Shown piece by piece: positions 7,375 to 16,883 of a DNA stretch of 32,000 nucleotides. This DNA is from Acaryochloris marina S15 (GTDB lineage: Bacteria; Cyanobacteriota; Cyanobacteriia; Thermosynechococcales; Thermosynechococcaceae), in contig NZ_CP064923.1 in the NCBI RefSeq assembly GCF_018336915.1, positions 1,710,001 through 1,742,000 of the forward strand, written 5' to 3'. The stretch's first letter is position 1. Each line of letters starts with the position of its first letter. The notes under the pieces were generated by a model, which saw only the letters and a program-made list of their open reading frames with translations, did no database searches and was not told the origin of the DNA. The position numbers and the translations under genes are program-made.

Positions 7375-10300
7375 CTAGCTGGATTCAGTTAAGTGAATCA
7401 GTCTTTCAAACTGATAGTCCTTGACGAGTTGGTATAGGCTTGCTGCAATTTCTTGATGGTTCGGTTCAATTTCTGAAATCAGGTCAACGACTTTACCTTC
7501 ATCCAAAAATAGGGCGGCTTGATTGAGTTGCTCTCGCCAAGTTAAAGGCAGCCGGTTGAGGTGTTCAGGGTCAAGGGGCCGAAGGGGAATAGTCTGAGGT
7601 TGAGAAGGCGTAGATTCTTCGGTGATCCAGCTAATATCGAGCTTATCAGCCATTAAATCCAATATCTCAGCCAGAATATAGGGCTTACTGACAAATCCGT
7701 CACAACCATTGGCAAGGGCTTGGGTGCGAACGTCATCAAATGCATTAGCAGTGAGGGCCAGGATGACTGGAGGAGGACTGTGATCCGCAGCGGCTAAATC
7801 CTTAATCTTCTGGGCAGCGGCTAGCCCATTCATCCCAGGTAGCTGGAGATCCATCCAGATTAAATGAGGACGCCAAGATTGCCAACTTTCAATGGCTGCT
7901 GGACCATCACTGACGGCAGCCATCACAAAACCGAGGGGAGATAAATGATCAATTAAGAGTCGTTGGTTATCGACTTGGTCTTCCACCACTAAAATACGGT
8001 AGTTCGGCTGATCTTCAGCTAACCGCAGAATTCTCTGTTGGGATGGTTTGTGGGTGACCTGAGTGGTCGTTACCAACACCGGTAAGTTGAAAAAGAAACA
8101 GGTTCCGATGCCCTCTTCGCTGCGAACCCGTAGCTGGCCGCCCATGAGCTGTACAAAGCTTTGGCTGATGGGGATTCCCAGCCCAGTGCCCTGTTGGGAT
8201 TTTACACCTGCTTGGGTTTGGACAAATGCTTCAAAGACGCTATCTAGCTCATCCTCGGCAATTCCAGCCCCCGTGTCTTCGACTTCGAATTGGAGGACAC
8301 TAATATTGGGAGGAGTGAATTCATCAGAGTTGGAGTGGGGGGGTGTGATTCGCAACGTCACCTCGCCCTGTTCTGTAAATTTAATGGCATTCCCCAATAA
8401 ATTAATCAAAATTTGGCGAAGTTTGCGTTCATCTGCTTGGATGACTTCAGGGACATCAGGTGATTGCTCTAATTGAAAGTCTAGCCCCTTGGATTTAGCC
8501 CTCAGCTGTAACATGCCATGAATGGCCTGTAAAAATTCATGAAAATTGAAGGTATCGAGTTGAAGGGTGGTTTTTCCTGCTTCAATTTTGGACAGGGCCA
8601 GCACATCGTTAATCAGATCGAGTAAATGTTCACCGCTGCGGTTGATAATGGCAAGAGATTCATCCAGGTGCTGCGGTAACGTCACATCTTGGGCCATCAA
8701 CTGACTAAACCCCAAAATGGCATTGAGGGGTGTGCGCAATTCGTGACTCATGCTGGCCAGAAAATCACTTTTTGCTTGGTTTGCTTGCTCTGCTTCTAGC
8801 TGGGCTGTGCGGAGTTGCTGGGTCCGTTGGGTGACTTTTTTCTCAACTGAGGCATAGAGCTGGGCATTGTCGATGGAAATGGCGGCTTGGGCGGCTAGCA
8901 GGTGGAGTACTTCTAAGTGATTAGGGGTGAAGGCCCCGGGCGTTAAATTATTTTCTAGATAGAGTAATCCGACTAGGTCCCCTTGCCGCAGAATCGGCAT
9001 GCAAAGCTGAGACAGAGGAGCCCGATCAATTTGATAGGGGTCACCGGCAAATTTTGTTTCGGTGCGACCATCCTGAATGACCAGGGTTTCTCGGGTTCGT
9101 TCACTATAGTGAATGAGGGATAGAGGCAGGTGGCCATTAATCCCAACATGGTGCAAAGAAATGGGAAGCTGCGTTGCTTGCTCAGGATATTGAGCCGTTA
9201 GGCAGAGCTGCTGGTCTTGGTAAAGCAACAAGCAGCCCCGCTCTGCTCCAGCATTCTCGATGACGACTTGCATGGTGGTGGCCAGGAGTCGCTCAAGTTC
9301 AATTTCTTCAGATAGGGCTTGGCATGCTTTCATGACCGCAGCCCAGTCAAGGCCTTTAAAGCCACTTTGGTGGCTGGAGTGGGTGGGTTGGGTTCGTGCC
9401 AAACTAAAAGATTCTAACGCCTGAATCCGCAGTCCACTATTCAGGAATGGGGCTAATAACTGGGCATAGTTGCTTTCTAGGTTCGCTAGTTTGGCGGTTG
9501 CTCCCCAGCGCTCATAGGCGTAATAGGCATTCACCATATAAGTCTGGGCAATGGTCGTTTTGCCCCATTGCAAATAAAAGCGGGCAGCAAGTTCCTGGGC
9601 TAGGGCGATTTCTTGGGTAAAATTATGTTCTGTTGCTAAGGCAATGGCGAGATCATAGGCCTCAATGGCCTCAATAGGGTCACCTAAGACTCGATAGCGT
9701 TCCGCTTCCACAAGATGGTACTTGTGCTTGACGTTCATGGGGCCATACTGAGCGTGTCGCTGTAGGTAAGCCTGGTTCTGCTCAATTCTGGCTTGCCAGG
9801 GTTCGGAAATAATTGATCCGGTGGGAATGAGTGCTAGTAAGGCTAAGGAGTCATAAAAGTGAAAAATGGATCCTGTAAAGTAGCCTGGACCACCGTCTAA
9901 GTAGAAACGGGCCTGATCCGCAAGGTCTAGGAGATGATCACGATCATGGAATAAATAGCCGAGAACGAGTTTATGCACACTGTAAAAGTGCAGCCCTGCT
10001 AAATTGCTGGTGCTCACCATCTGAGGTAAGACGTCAACTTCGTTATAGGCTTTTCCCACTAACTGTGTGGGCTCCTGGTTTTGGCCTTGGAGATTAAGGA
10101 CCACTTGCAAAAACAGTCGGGTAAAAGAGGAAGTGGTGGCGATTTGGAATTTGTCTAAAATCTTGACAAAGGCTTGGATGTCCTGGGTTAAGCTGGTTAA
10201 GTCTTGACCGCAGAAATAGGAATATTGGCAAATATCTTTAGCACAGTAGCCGACAAATTCTAAATTTCCAGTGTCCAACGCAATTTGATAGCCCTCGCGC

Positions 10301-13300
10301 AGAAGTGCGATCGCATTTTGGAGATGCGCCGAATCATGAACGACAAATGCTCCTAAGCTATATAGTACAGAGGGTTGAACGGGCTTGGCATCAAACTTCT
10401 CCATTACCTGGAGTGCCAAGTGACTATACTCGGTTGCCAGGTCAATATCCTGCAGCACCCCGGTCAGTAAAATACTGTAGGTGGCATAAAAGAATGCACC
10501 CAGAGGGGAGTTGCCATGGCGAATGCTAGTTTTAACTCCTAACACCGTCACTAAGGGGAATAAATCAGGTGCAGCAATATAAGCTGCTGGGATCATACTG
10601 GCTGCAATCCCCATCACCGCTAGTTGTTGTTGATCGAGCATTACTGGCAAATTGCCAAACTCTGAGACCTTGAACAGTGCTGTTTCTTGGGCAAGTTCTT
10701 GAAAGGCTGCTTGGATATCTGCAGGCTGAGGGGACCCTGGGAAATGGATGCCAAAACGGGCAAGGGCTTGGCGGGCTGTGGAGAGCGCGTCTAACAGTCG
10801 GTTATGGGAGGTGTAGGCTTGGATTTGGATTTCATACGCCCTCACTTGATCGAGGGGATGAGAGGCGTGGGTCAGAATGGACTCGATTAATGATTCCATG
10901 GTCCCAATCGCACTATGCAAGTAAGCAGCCTCAGCTGCTAGCTCAGATAATGCCAGGGTCAGATCATAGTGCTGCTGCCACCCATTTTTTCCTAATAGGG
11001 TCAAGCCCATAGAGGCATACTCCGCAGCGAGATCGTACGCCGTAGAGGTCCGTGCCTTTTGGGCTGCGACTCGGTTGAGTTCAGCCAGATTCACCTGCTC
11101 TGCCGACGTCGGGAGTAGCGTTGCTCCACGGTTGAGCTGATTGACTAGCTCAAAGATCTGCTCATCCCGCTCCATCTCTGGAATTAGCTTGAGTAACTGT
11201 TGACCAATCATCAAGTGAGTGGCTCGTTTGTGGCCCGACGGAATTAAGGAATAAGCCGCTTGCTGAATCCGGTCATGGAGGAATATATAGGTGCTGATGG
11301 AGGGGGCTAACCCTGACGAGCGATACTCCATCGCAGGAGGCTGATCCTCATCTACGGCTGCTTGGATTTGTTCTTGCAGACTGACATTTTTAACGCCTTC
11401 TAACAATCCGGCTTGCAATGCTTCCCATAATATTTGGGTGGTTTCCTCCTCGCTAGTGTCAGAAACAATGGCCAAGGTCTTCAAGGTAAAACGATTACCA
11501 ATGCAGGCCGCGAGTTTGAGACTTTCCTGGGTTTTCGGCGAGAGCTTCAGTAACTGACGTCGCATGAACTCAACGACATCTCCTGTTAGAGCCAATGCCT
11601 GAATTTCAGTAATATCCCATTCCCAAGATCGCAGGGTGTTGTTAAACCGAATCAGCCCTTCTTTTTCCAGGGTTTGCAAGAATTGTCGACTAAAGAAGGG
11701 ATTCCCCTGGGTCTTCTGAAATAAATATTGGGTGAGGGTACAGGTTTGCTCGGGTGAGCAAGCCAAGGTGTCTGAGATCAGTTCATTCAAATCCTTGGCG
11801 TTTAAAGCGGTCAGATGTAGTCGACTGATGGTTAGTTCTGATTGTTCGAGCCGTCTCAGGGTCTGCATCAAAGGATGAGCTTCCAGGACTTCGTTGTCTC
11901 GATAAGTCCCGATCAGTAATAGATACCCTCGTTCTGATTCTTCTAATAGGGATTGTAGGAACTTTAGGGAAGCAGAATCAATCCATTGCAAATCGTCTAG
12001 GAATAGAACCAGGGGATGATCGACCCCTGGAAAGATTTGGAAAAACTGCTGAAAAACAAGATTAAACCGATTTAAGGTAGGCCCGGGCTCGAGTTCAGCC
12101 ACAGGAGGTTGGGGACCAATAAGTAGTTCAACTTCTGGGATCACATCAATAATGACCTGGCCATTGTCACCCACTGCAGCCAGGATTTTGGTTTGCCATT
12201 GCTTTAAGCTCTTAGAGCTTTCCATTAATAACTGTTGACACAGATCTTGGAAGGCTTGCAAAAGAGCAGCAAATGGCATGCTTTGCTGCAGTTGATCAAA
12301 CTTGCCCTGAATAAAATAGCCCCGTCGCCGAACAATGGGTTTATGGATTTCGCTGATTACGGCTGTTTTGCCGACGCCAGAATGTCCCGATACCAACATC
12401 AGTTCGGTAGCCCCTTGAGCAACCCGCTCAAAGGTATTGAGTAGCACCTCAACCTCTTGGGTTCGGCCATACAATTTTTCAGGGATGATAAACTCCGTCG
12501 GCTGATCTTCTTGACCAATCGCAAAAGAACTAACTTGCCCTTGCTCCTGCAGCAAATGACGGCAGTAGGCTAGGTCGTAATGGAGTCCATAGGCCGTCTG
12601 ATACCGATCCTCAGCCATCTTGGCGATCAGCTTCAGTACAATCTGGTTGAGGACTTCAGGAATATTTGGATTGATAATGATCGGCGCAACGGGGACTTGA
12701 GCAATATGGCAATGCACCAACTCCATTGGATCTTGGGCCTGAAATGGAAGTTGGCCTGTCAGCAACTCATAAAACGTAATGCCTAAGGAGTAAAAGTCTG
12801 TCCGATAGTCCACCTTCCGGTTCATTCGTCCCGTTTGCTCTGGGGAAAGGTAGATCAGCGTTCCTTCTAGCAAATTAGGACTGAGTAAAGCGGTACTTTC
12901 CCGAGGCAATAGAGATGCCAGGCTGAAATCAATCAGTTTTGTTTCTAAGGTTTGGGGATGGACAACAATATTTTGAGGCTTAATGTCCTTGTGAATAATA
13001 TGGTGTTGACTTAAACTCTCCAATGCTTTAGCCAGCTGAAGGGCAATGTCTAAAAATACATTGACAGCCATAGGAGAATGGGGCTTGCCATTCCCGGTGT
13101 GGGTTGCAAAGTTGGAGAGGGAAATACCGCCAAAGTCTGGCATCTCAATAGCCAGCCCGTTGTTATAGGGCAAAAGAGTGGTGGGCTGAACGGTCCCAGG
13201 GACATCAATACCGCAGGCTATTTCATATTCATGTCGGAATTCAGCTAATTCTTGAGCGGTGGGATAGGGGGTTTTAAGTATTTTAAGGACTACATCAGTC

Positions 13301-13494
13301 TGAGTGACCTGGTTTTGGGCGCGATAAACCAATGTTCTAGAGCTTTCGTATAGTTGCTCTAGAATTTGGTATCGGCTCAGGGTGATGTGGTCAACCGTCA
13401 TGGTCACGTCATCGTCAAATGTATAGATAGTGTCTTCACAGAGGGTAGGGCTGTCGTTAGCTTGGGAGGAAAGTAATATATTGAATATGCCCAT
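7375..13494 (-). CDS. Multidomain signalling protein: Ser/Thr kinase - AAA(P-loop) ATPase - helical/TPR-like region - GAF - HisKA/HATPase - receiver (HstK-type)
   Basis: A single 2039-aa ORF. The kinase domain is at res ~41-310 (VVLKILK, IIHKDIKPQNI, IDFSLAS, LSPEQ). Walker A is SGHSGVGKT (res 369-377) and Walker B is LVLFLDDLQW. The GAF-like domain is at res ~1385-1540. The H-box is SHELRTPLN (res 1583), the N-box is NLLGNAIKFT, and the G-boxes are DTGAGI and GTGLGI. The receiver is at res ~1832-1948 (ILVVEDQ ... IWMDLQLPGMNG ... LTANAF ... FVSKP). An ~90-aa tail is unassigned. Confidence 0.9.
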   Translation of the reverse strand: MGIFNILLSSQANDSPTLCEDTIYTFDDDVTMTVDHITLSRYQILEQLYESSRTLVYRAQNQVTQTDVVLKILKTPYPTAQELAEFRHEYEIACGIDVPGTVQPTTLLPYNNGLAIEMPDFGGISLSNFATHTGNGKPHSPMAVNVFLDIALQLAKALESLSQHHIIHKDIKPQNIVVHPQTLETKLIDFSLASLLPRESTALLSPNLLEGTLIYLSPEQTGRMNRKVDYRTDFYSLGITFYELLTGQLPFQAQDPMELVHCHIAQVPVAPIIINPNIPEVLNQIVLKLIAKMAEDRYQTAYGLHYDLAYCRHLLQEQGQVSSFAIGQEDQPTEFIIPEKLYGRTQEVEVLLNTFERVAQGATELMLVSGHSGVGKTAVISEIHKPIVRRRGYFIQGKFDQLQQSMPFAALLQAFQDLCQQLLMESSKSLKQWQTKILAAVGDNGQVIIDVIPEVELLIGPQPPVAELEPGPTLNRFNLVFQQFFQIFPGVDHPLVLFLDDLQWIDSASLKFLQSLLEESERGYLLLIGTYRDNEVLEAHPLMQTLRRLEQSELTISRLHLTALNAKDLNELISDTLACSPEQTCTLTQYLFQKTQGNPFFSRQFLQTLEKEGLIRFNNTLRSWEWDITEIQALALTGDVVEFMRRQLLKLSPKTQESLKLAACIGNRFTLKTLAIVSDTSEEETTQILWEALQAGLLEGVKNVSLQEQIQAAVDEDQPPAMEYRSSGLAPSISTYIFLHDRIQQAAYSLIPSGHKRATHLMIGQQLLKLIPEMERDEQIFELVNQLNRGATLLPTSAEQVNLAELNRVAAQKARTSTAYDLAAEYASMGLTLLGKNGWQQHYDLTLALSELAAEAAYLHSAIGTMESLIESILTHASHPLDQVRAYEIQIQAYTSHNRLLDALSTARQALARFGIHFPGSPQPADIQAAFQELAQETALFKVSEFGNLPVMLDQQQLAVMGIAASMIPAAYIAAPDLFPLVTVLGVKTSIRHGNSPLGAFFYATYSILLTGVLQDIDLATEYSHLALQVMEKFDAKPVQPSVLYSLGAFVVHDSAHLQNAIALLREGYQIALDTGNLEFVGYCAKDICQYSYFCGQDLTSLTQDIQAFVKILDKFQIATTSSFTRLFLQVVLNLQGQNQEPTQLVGKAYNEVDVLPQMVSTSNLAGLHFYSVHKLVLGYLFHDRDHLLDLADQARFYLDGGPGYFTGSIFHFYDSLALLALIPTGSIISEPWQARIEQNQAYLQRHAQYGPMNVKHKYHLVEAERYRVLGDPIEAIEAYDLAIALATEHNFTQEIALAQELAARFYLQWGKTTIAQTYMVNAYYAYERWGATAKLANLESNYAQLLAPFLNSGLRIQALESFSLARTQPTHSSHQSGFKGLDWAAVMKACQALSEEIELERLLATTMQVVIENAGAERGCLLLYQDQQLCLTAQYPEQATQLPISLHHVGINGHLPLSLIHYSERTRETLVIQDGRTETKFAGDPYQIDRAPLSQLCMPILRQGDLVGLLYLENNLTPGAFTPNHLEVLHLLAAQAAISIDNAQLYASVEKKVTQRTQQLRTAQLEAEQANQAKSDFLASMSHELRTPLNAILGFSQLMAQDVTLPQHLDESLAIINRSGEHLLDLINDVLALSKIEAGKTTLQLDTFNFHEFLQAIHGMLQLRAKSKGLDFQLEQSPDVPEVIQADERKLRQILINLLGNAIKFTEQGEVTLRITPPHSNSDEFTPPNISVLQFEVEDTGAGIAEDELDSVFEAFVQTQAGVKSQQGTGLGIPISQSFVQLMGGQLRVRSEEGIGTCFFFNLPVLVTTTQVTHKPSQQRILRLAEDQPNYRILVVEDQVDNQRLLIDHLSPLGFVMAAVSDGPAAIESWQSWRPHLIWMDLQLPGMNGLAAAQKIKDLAAADHSPPPVILALTANAFDDVRTQALANGCDGFVSKPYILAEILDLMADKLDISWITEESTPSQPQTIPLRPLDPEHLNRLPLTWREQLNQAALFLDEGKVVDLISEIEPNHQEIAASLYQLVKDYQFERLIHLTESS

Positions 13495-14200
13495 TAATAA
13501 TGGTATCTAGATCAAGAAAAGATTTTCCTTTTTAGAAAAAAACTGTATCATTTTCAGCTCCCTTATTTAAATATTTTCAAGAAAATAATATTTCATTCTC
13601 AAAAATAGTTTTCTCTAGGCTGGGTACTAATCTCCAAAAGGGCTCATTAGATATTCTTGACGGTTAAATTTCCTCTACTTTAGGAAAGAAATTACCATTT
13701 TTATTGAGGAGTAATGGAAGCAGACTTGTGCTTCTTTATAGTTTTTACTCTTTAGCAATTAAAATATTTCTGTATTCGTTTTTGTAGCCATATCCTTCAT
13801 CTCTTTTTTGAAAAAGTAGACTTATTTGACGAGGAAATCCTGTTTTTAGTTTTTTGTAGTGGCGGCTATGAGTTGATTGCACCTATTTCTTGATGACTTC
13901 GCAAATCTCGCCAATGCCTAAAGGCTTTAGTCAATGGAAAGGATTGATTGAAGCACTTAAGTGGATTGCATTGACTTTTTAAGCCTCAACTGTTCACTAT
14001 TGATTACAAGCGACTCTGGTCTAGTTGGCTAAGGTTGTATGGCGATATTTTGAGATAGGAAGTGAATGCAACCCTATCTATCCCAATGAGTGCAGGTTAT
14101 GTCAAGATTATTCCTCCTATTAAAAGTATGGCAAGCGATAGTCTGGCAAGCTTCCCGTAAGCTGCATGTTGGGACCCCACAGCCCGATCGGAAGGCTGTG

Positions 14201-14776
14201 ATGAGAGGGGGTTGCTTTTGGGGAATGCTGTTTTTGGCTGGATTGATCAGCGACATGGCTGTTGCTCAACCCCGGCGTAAACCTGTTACGAATGCCCTAC
14301 CTACAGAATTACAAACCTTGCTAGAGAATCGTCCAAATGGGCCGATTATTTCTGCAGATACCCCGTCACAGGAAGGGTTTACGGTGCCCAGTCTATGGTG
14401 GACCAATGAGCAATTTGGTGAAAAATTAGTCTCGGACTGGAAAGCCTATGGGGTTGGGCAGGTGGGCAACCAACAAATTAATGTAATGGTTCGACCAGAA
14501 TTGTGGACTCGCTATACCTACTTTGAACGGTATGCCTTTGTACTCAAATTCGGGTCTGATGCTAGCAATTTCGGCTATCAGTTGATGGTGCTGGATTCCC
14601 AAGATTTTGTCTTGGGAGCCTATACCTGTGACTTTGCCCAAAGCGATCCACATTTTATTCCTAGCATGCTGGATGGACGATCCCAACCGATTCCAGATTA
14701 TGTAGATCCTAAGTCTACCCAGGCTTTGCCTTGCCGCCTTTGGTTAAATCCTAATTATCCTCGGAGTGTTTTTTAG
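14201..14776 (+). CDS. Secreted hypothetical protein (signal peptide; no family recognised)
   Basis: I prefer the ATG at 14201 (MRGGCFWGMLFLAGLISDMAVAQP, signal-peptide-like) to the track start at 14090. The ORF is uninterrupted for 191 aa. Its stop overlaps the stop of the convergent gene. Confidence 0.55.
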   Translation: MRGGCFWGMLFLAGLISDMAVAQPRRKPVTNALPTELQTLLENRPNGPIISADTPSQEGFTVPSLWWTNEQFGEKLVSDWKAYGVGQVGNQQINVMVRPELWTRYTYFERYAFVLKFGSDASNFGYQLMVLDSQDFVLGAYTCDFAQSDPHFIPSMLDGRSQPIPDYVDPKSTQALPCRLWLNPNYPRSVF

Positions 14777-15891
14777 GCCTGTATCCGCATGGCTTGCCAT
14801 AGGCGTTTGTATTGTTGCAAGGTCAGGGTAGAGAGGGGTAACAAGAACTCACTTTTTTCGAACTGCTCAGGGGTTGCAACGAGGCGATGGCTTCGAGATT
14901 TGATTGAGAGCTGGGCGGATAACAGGGGTGAGACGGTATCTGTAAATTCCGATAAATTATTGGCGACGGTGTCTTCCCACCAGTAATTAATCCATTGATT
15001 AATCGCTTGACTAGGCTGGGCCTGGACCCATAGATCAGCCCACAAGGCTGAGCCTGAAGCAGGAAAGATTGCATCTAACTCGGGTTCCCGTGCTAGAGCT
15101 GGCAATATGTCTGATGACCACCCCACTGCAGCCCAGGCGTCTCCCAAAATTAAGGGTTCTAGATATTGGTTAGAGGCATAAAAGAGGGTTTGATCATTGA
15201 GGGCCTTTAGCGCTTGGGAGAGTTCTGAGATGGAGTCTAAGTCATCTAAGTTGTAGGACTGGCCTAGCTTTTTGAGAGTCAGGCCAATGATTTCTCGGGG
15301 TTGATCGAGCAAGCTAATGCGCCCCTTCAGTTCAGATCGCCACAAGTCTGACCAATCTTTGGGTTGCCACCCTAAATCTCTGAATTTGTCGGTTCGATAG
15401 GCAATCAAGGTGGCCCCCCACCGATAGGGAGCCCCCCAAATCTTACCTTCGTCGCTAGGATGGCCCTGGAGATCGCGACGAACCAGCTGTTGCCATCGAG
15501 GGGGTAAGTCAGACCATCGACTCAGATCATCAGCAGATAGAGGTTGGATCAAGTTTTGTTGAATAGCCTGGGGCAACCAATAATCCCCTAGACTGGCTAA
15601 TCGGGATGGGAGCTTGGGCTGATCGTCTGGGGCCGATTTTTCAGACGGTTGTTTTTGATCTTCCCGGTGCCATTTTTGGAGCTGAGCGAAAATTTCCTGG
15701 GTAGAGGATTTTAACGAAATTTGTAAAGGAATATTAGAGTTTGAGCGGAATTTATCTACCAATTGAGGGGGGAGTGTCTTCTGCAACAAATTCACTTGTA
15801 ATGCGGTGCGGTTGTTCTGTTGACAGGCCCCTAATAATTGACTCAAGGTTACTGCACCTAAGGTCTGTAAAAAAGAACGTCGATCCATCAC
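14773..15891 (-). CDS. PotD/PotF-like periplasmic polyamine-type ABC substrate-binding lipoprotein with Tat-type signal
   Basis: The N-terminus MMDRRSFLQTLGAVTLSQLLGAC combines a twin-arginine motif with a lipobox Cys. Blocks are clearly alignable to E. coli PotD from memory: APYRWGATLIAY / IPYIWGATAIGV, and WSDLWRSELKGRISLLDQPREIIGLTLKKLG / [31 protein letters not shown]. Confidence 0.8.
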   Translation of the reverse strand: MMDRRSFLQTLGAVTLSQLLGACQQNNRTALQVNLLQKTLPPQLVDKFRSNSNIPLQISLKSSTQEIFAQLQKWHREDQKQPSEKSAPDDQPKLPSRLASLGDYWLPQAIQQNLIQPLSADDLSRWSDLPPRWQQLVRRDLQGHPSDEGKIWGAPYRWGATLIAYRTDKFRDLGWQPKDWSDLWRSELKGRISLLDQPREIIGLTLKKLGQSYNLDDLDSISELSQALKALNDQTLFYASNQYLEPLILGDAWAAVGWSSDILPALAREPELDAIFPASGSALWADLWVQAQPSQAINQWINYWWEDTVANNLSEFTDTVSPLLSAQLSIKSRSHRLVATPEQFEKSEFLLPLSTLTLQQYKRLWQAMRIQA

Positions 15892-16263
15892 TTTTTATTC
15901 ATCACCTCTATTAAGATAACGCTGCTTGATTGGAAACCCATATTGGAGGACTCAAACGGCCGAGAATACATGCCATCAGGGAAGTGGCTCTTATTTTCTA
16001 ACGAATTATGACTATTCGAGCCCCTGTTCAACAAACATGGAATGATACTTTCTGTAGGTTTTTTGAGGGTAAAAGTACTCAACTTTCAAGACCGGTAGAT
16101 GTTCCAAGGATTTGGTAATGTCGGATAGGTAAAAATGCGGATCTAAACCTCAATTTATGGCGACGAGACTTTAGATTTAATTCCGTTTTGTGCCTTCAAA
16201 AAGACTCCTTTTACCTCCAAAAGTCCTTAACATGGAATAAAGTCAAATCAGTAGGGAAAGACC

Positions 16264-16611
16264 ATGGATCCAATGCAAGAACAACTCACGCTGGTGAGTA
16301 ATAAGGTTGATACCCTGCACCAGGTGATAGAGCAGCTTGATCATAAACTGACAACAACCCTTTCTCAGCAAGAATCTCAACAACGTCCGCTGTCTGGGGC
16401 AATCATTAATGAATCTTCGCTACATACCAGCCCCAGTTTGAGCCATAAGGATGTTCTAGCAGAAGATAATTCTTTTGACTCAAGAGAACAGCATGGTGAG
16501 AGACCCATCACGCCTGAAATTCAAATTCAGCGATTGACGGCCCAGCTTACGGCTGCTTATAACCGCATTGCAGCTTTAGAGGAGCAGCTCATTGCTCAGC
16601 GTGTGCACTAA
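16264..16611 (+). CDS. Hypothetical protein with N- and C-terminal coiled-coil-like segments
   Basis: A 115-aa ORF with an ATG start. Heptad-like segments are LTLVSNKVDTLHQVIEQLDHKL and IQIQRLTAQLTAAYNRIAALEEQLIAQ. No competing ORF exists. I recognise no family. Confidence 0.5.
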   Translation: MDPMQEQLTLVSNKVDTLHQVIEQLDHKLTTTLSQQESQQRPLSGAIINESSLHTSPSLSHKDVLAEDNSFDSREQHGERPITPEIQIQRLTAQLTAAYNRIAALEEQLIAQRVH

Positions 16612-16705
16612 CGGATCATCTCCAGTCGGATGATTTTCTGGCATTTCACACAATTTGTTTGACAAATGCCGTTTCTATAAGCACAATAAAGATTGCTCAG
16701 CGCAA

Positions 16706-16779
16706 GGGACTGTAGTTCAACTGGTTAGAGCACCGCCCTGTCACGGCGGAAGTTGCGGGTTCGAATCCCGTCAGTCCCG
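16706..16779 (+). tRNA. tRNA-Asp (anticodon GUC), CCA not encoded
   Basis: Hand-folded cloverleaf. Acceptor stem is GGGACTG/CAGTCCC, D stem is GTTC/GAGC, and anticodon stem is CCGCC/GGCGG with loop CTGTCAC (GTC). T arm is GCGGG-TTCGAAT-CCCGT and the discriminator is G. Length is 74 nt. Confidence 0.95.
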
Positions 16780-16801
16780 TTCTCATCCCATATTTCCGTG
16801 C

Positions 16802-16844
16802 AAAGCCACCTGGGAGATTTTTGGATCTCTATTCGGGTGGCTTT
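16802..16844 (+). terminator. Two-tier stem-loop between tRNA-Asp and gltX (possible terminator/processing hairpin)
   Basis: The outer stem is 9 perfect bp, AAAGCCACC (16802-16810) / GGTGGCTTT (16836-16844). The inner stem is GAGAT/ATCTC. Only a short T run (TTT) follows, so terminator function is uncertain. Confidence 0.35.
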
Positions 16845-16883
16845 ATCGGTAGGATGGAATTTGTAGTGTAACCGAGAGATTTA

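Noticed and set aside
8063-11012. Antisense ORFs inside the giant kinase gene (8063-8476, 10305-10529, 10677-11012; also 12235-12444 and 12580-12786).
   Set aside because: They have no recognisable motifs, are nested antisense in a strongly supported 6.1-kb CDS, and are expected by chance in a long GC-balanced gene.
16655-16852. 65-aa ORF in the track.
   Set aside because: It completely overlaps a well-folding tRNA-Asp on the same strand, so it is spurious.
16780-16883. T-box or other riboswitch leader upstream of gltX.
   Set aside because: The spacer is only ~100 nt, has no specifier-loop/antiterminator architecture, and T-boxes are not expected in cyanobacteria.
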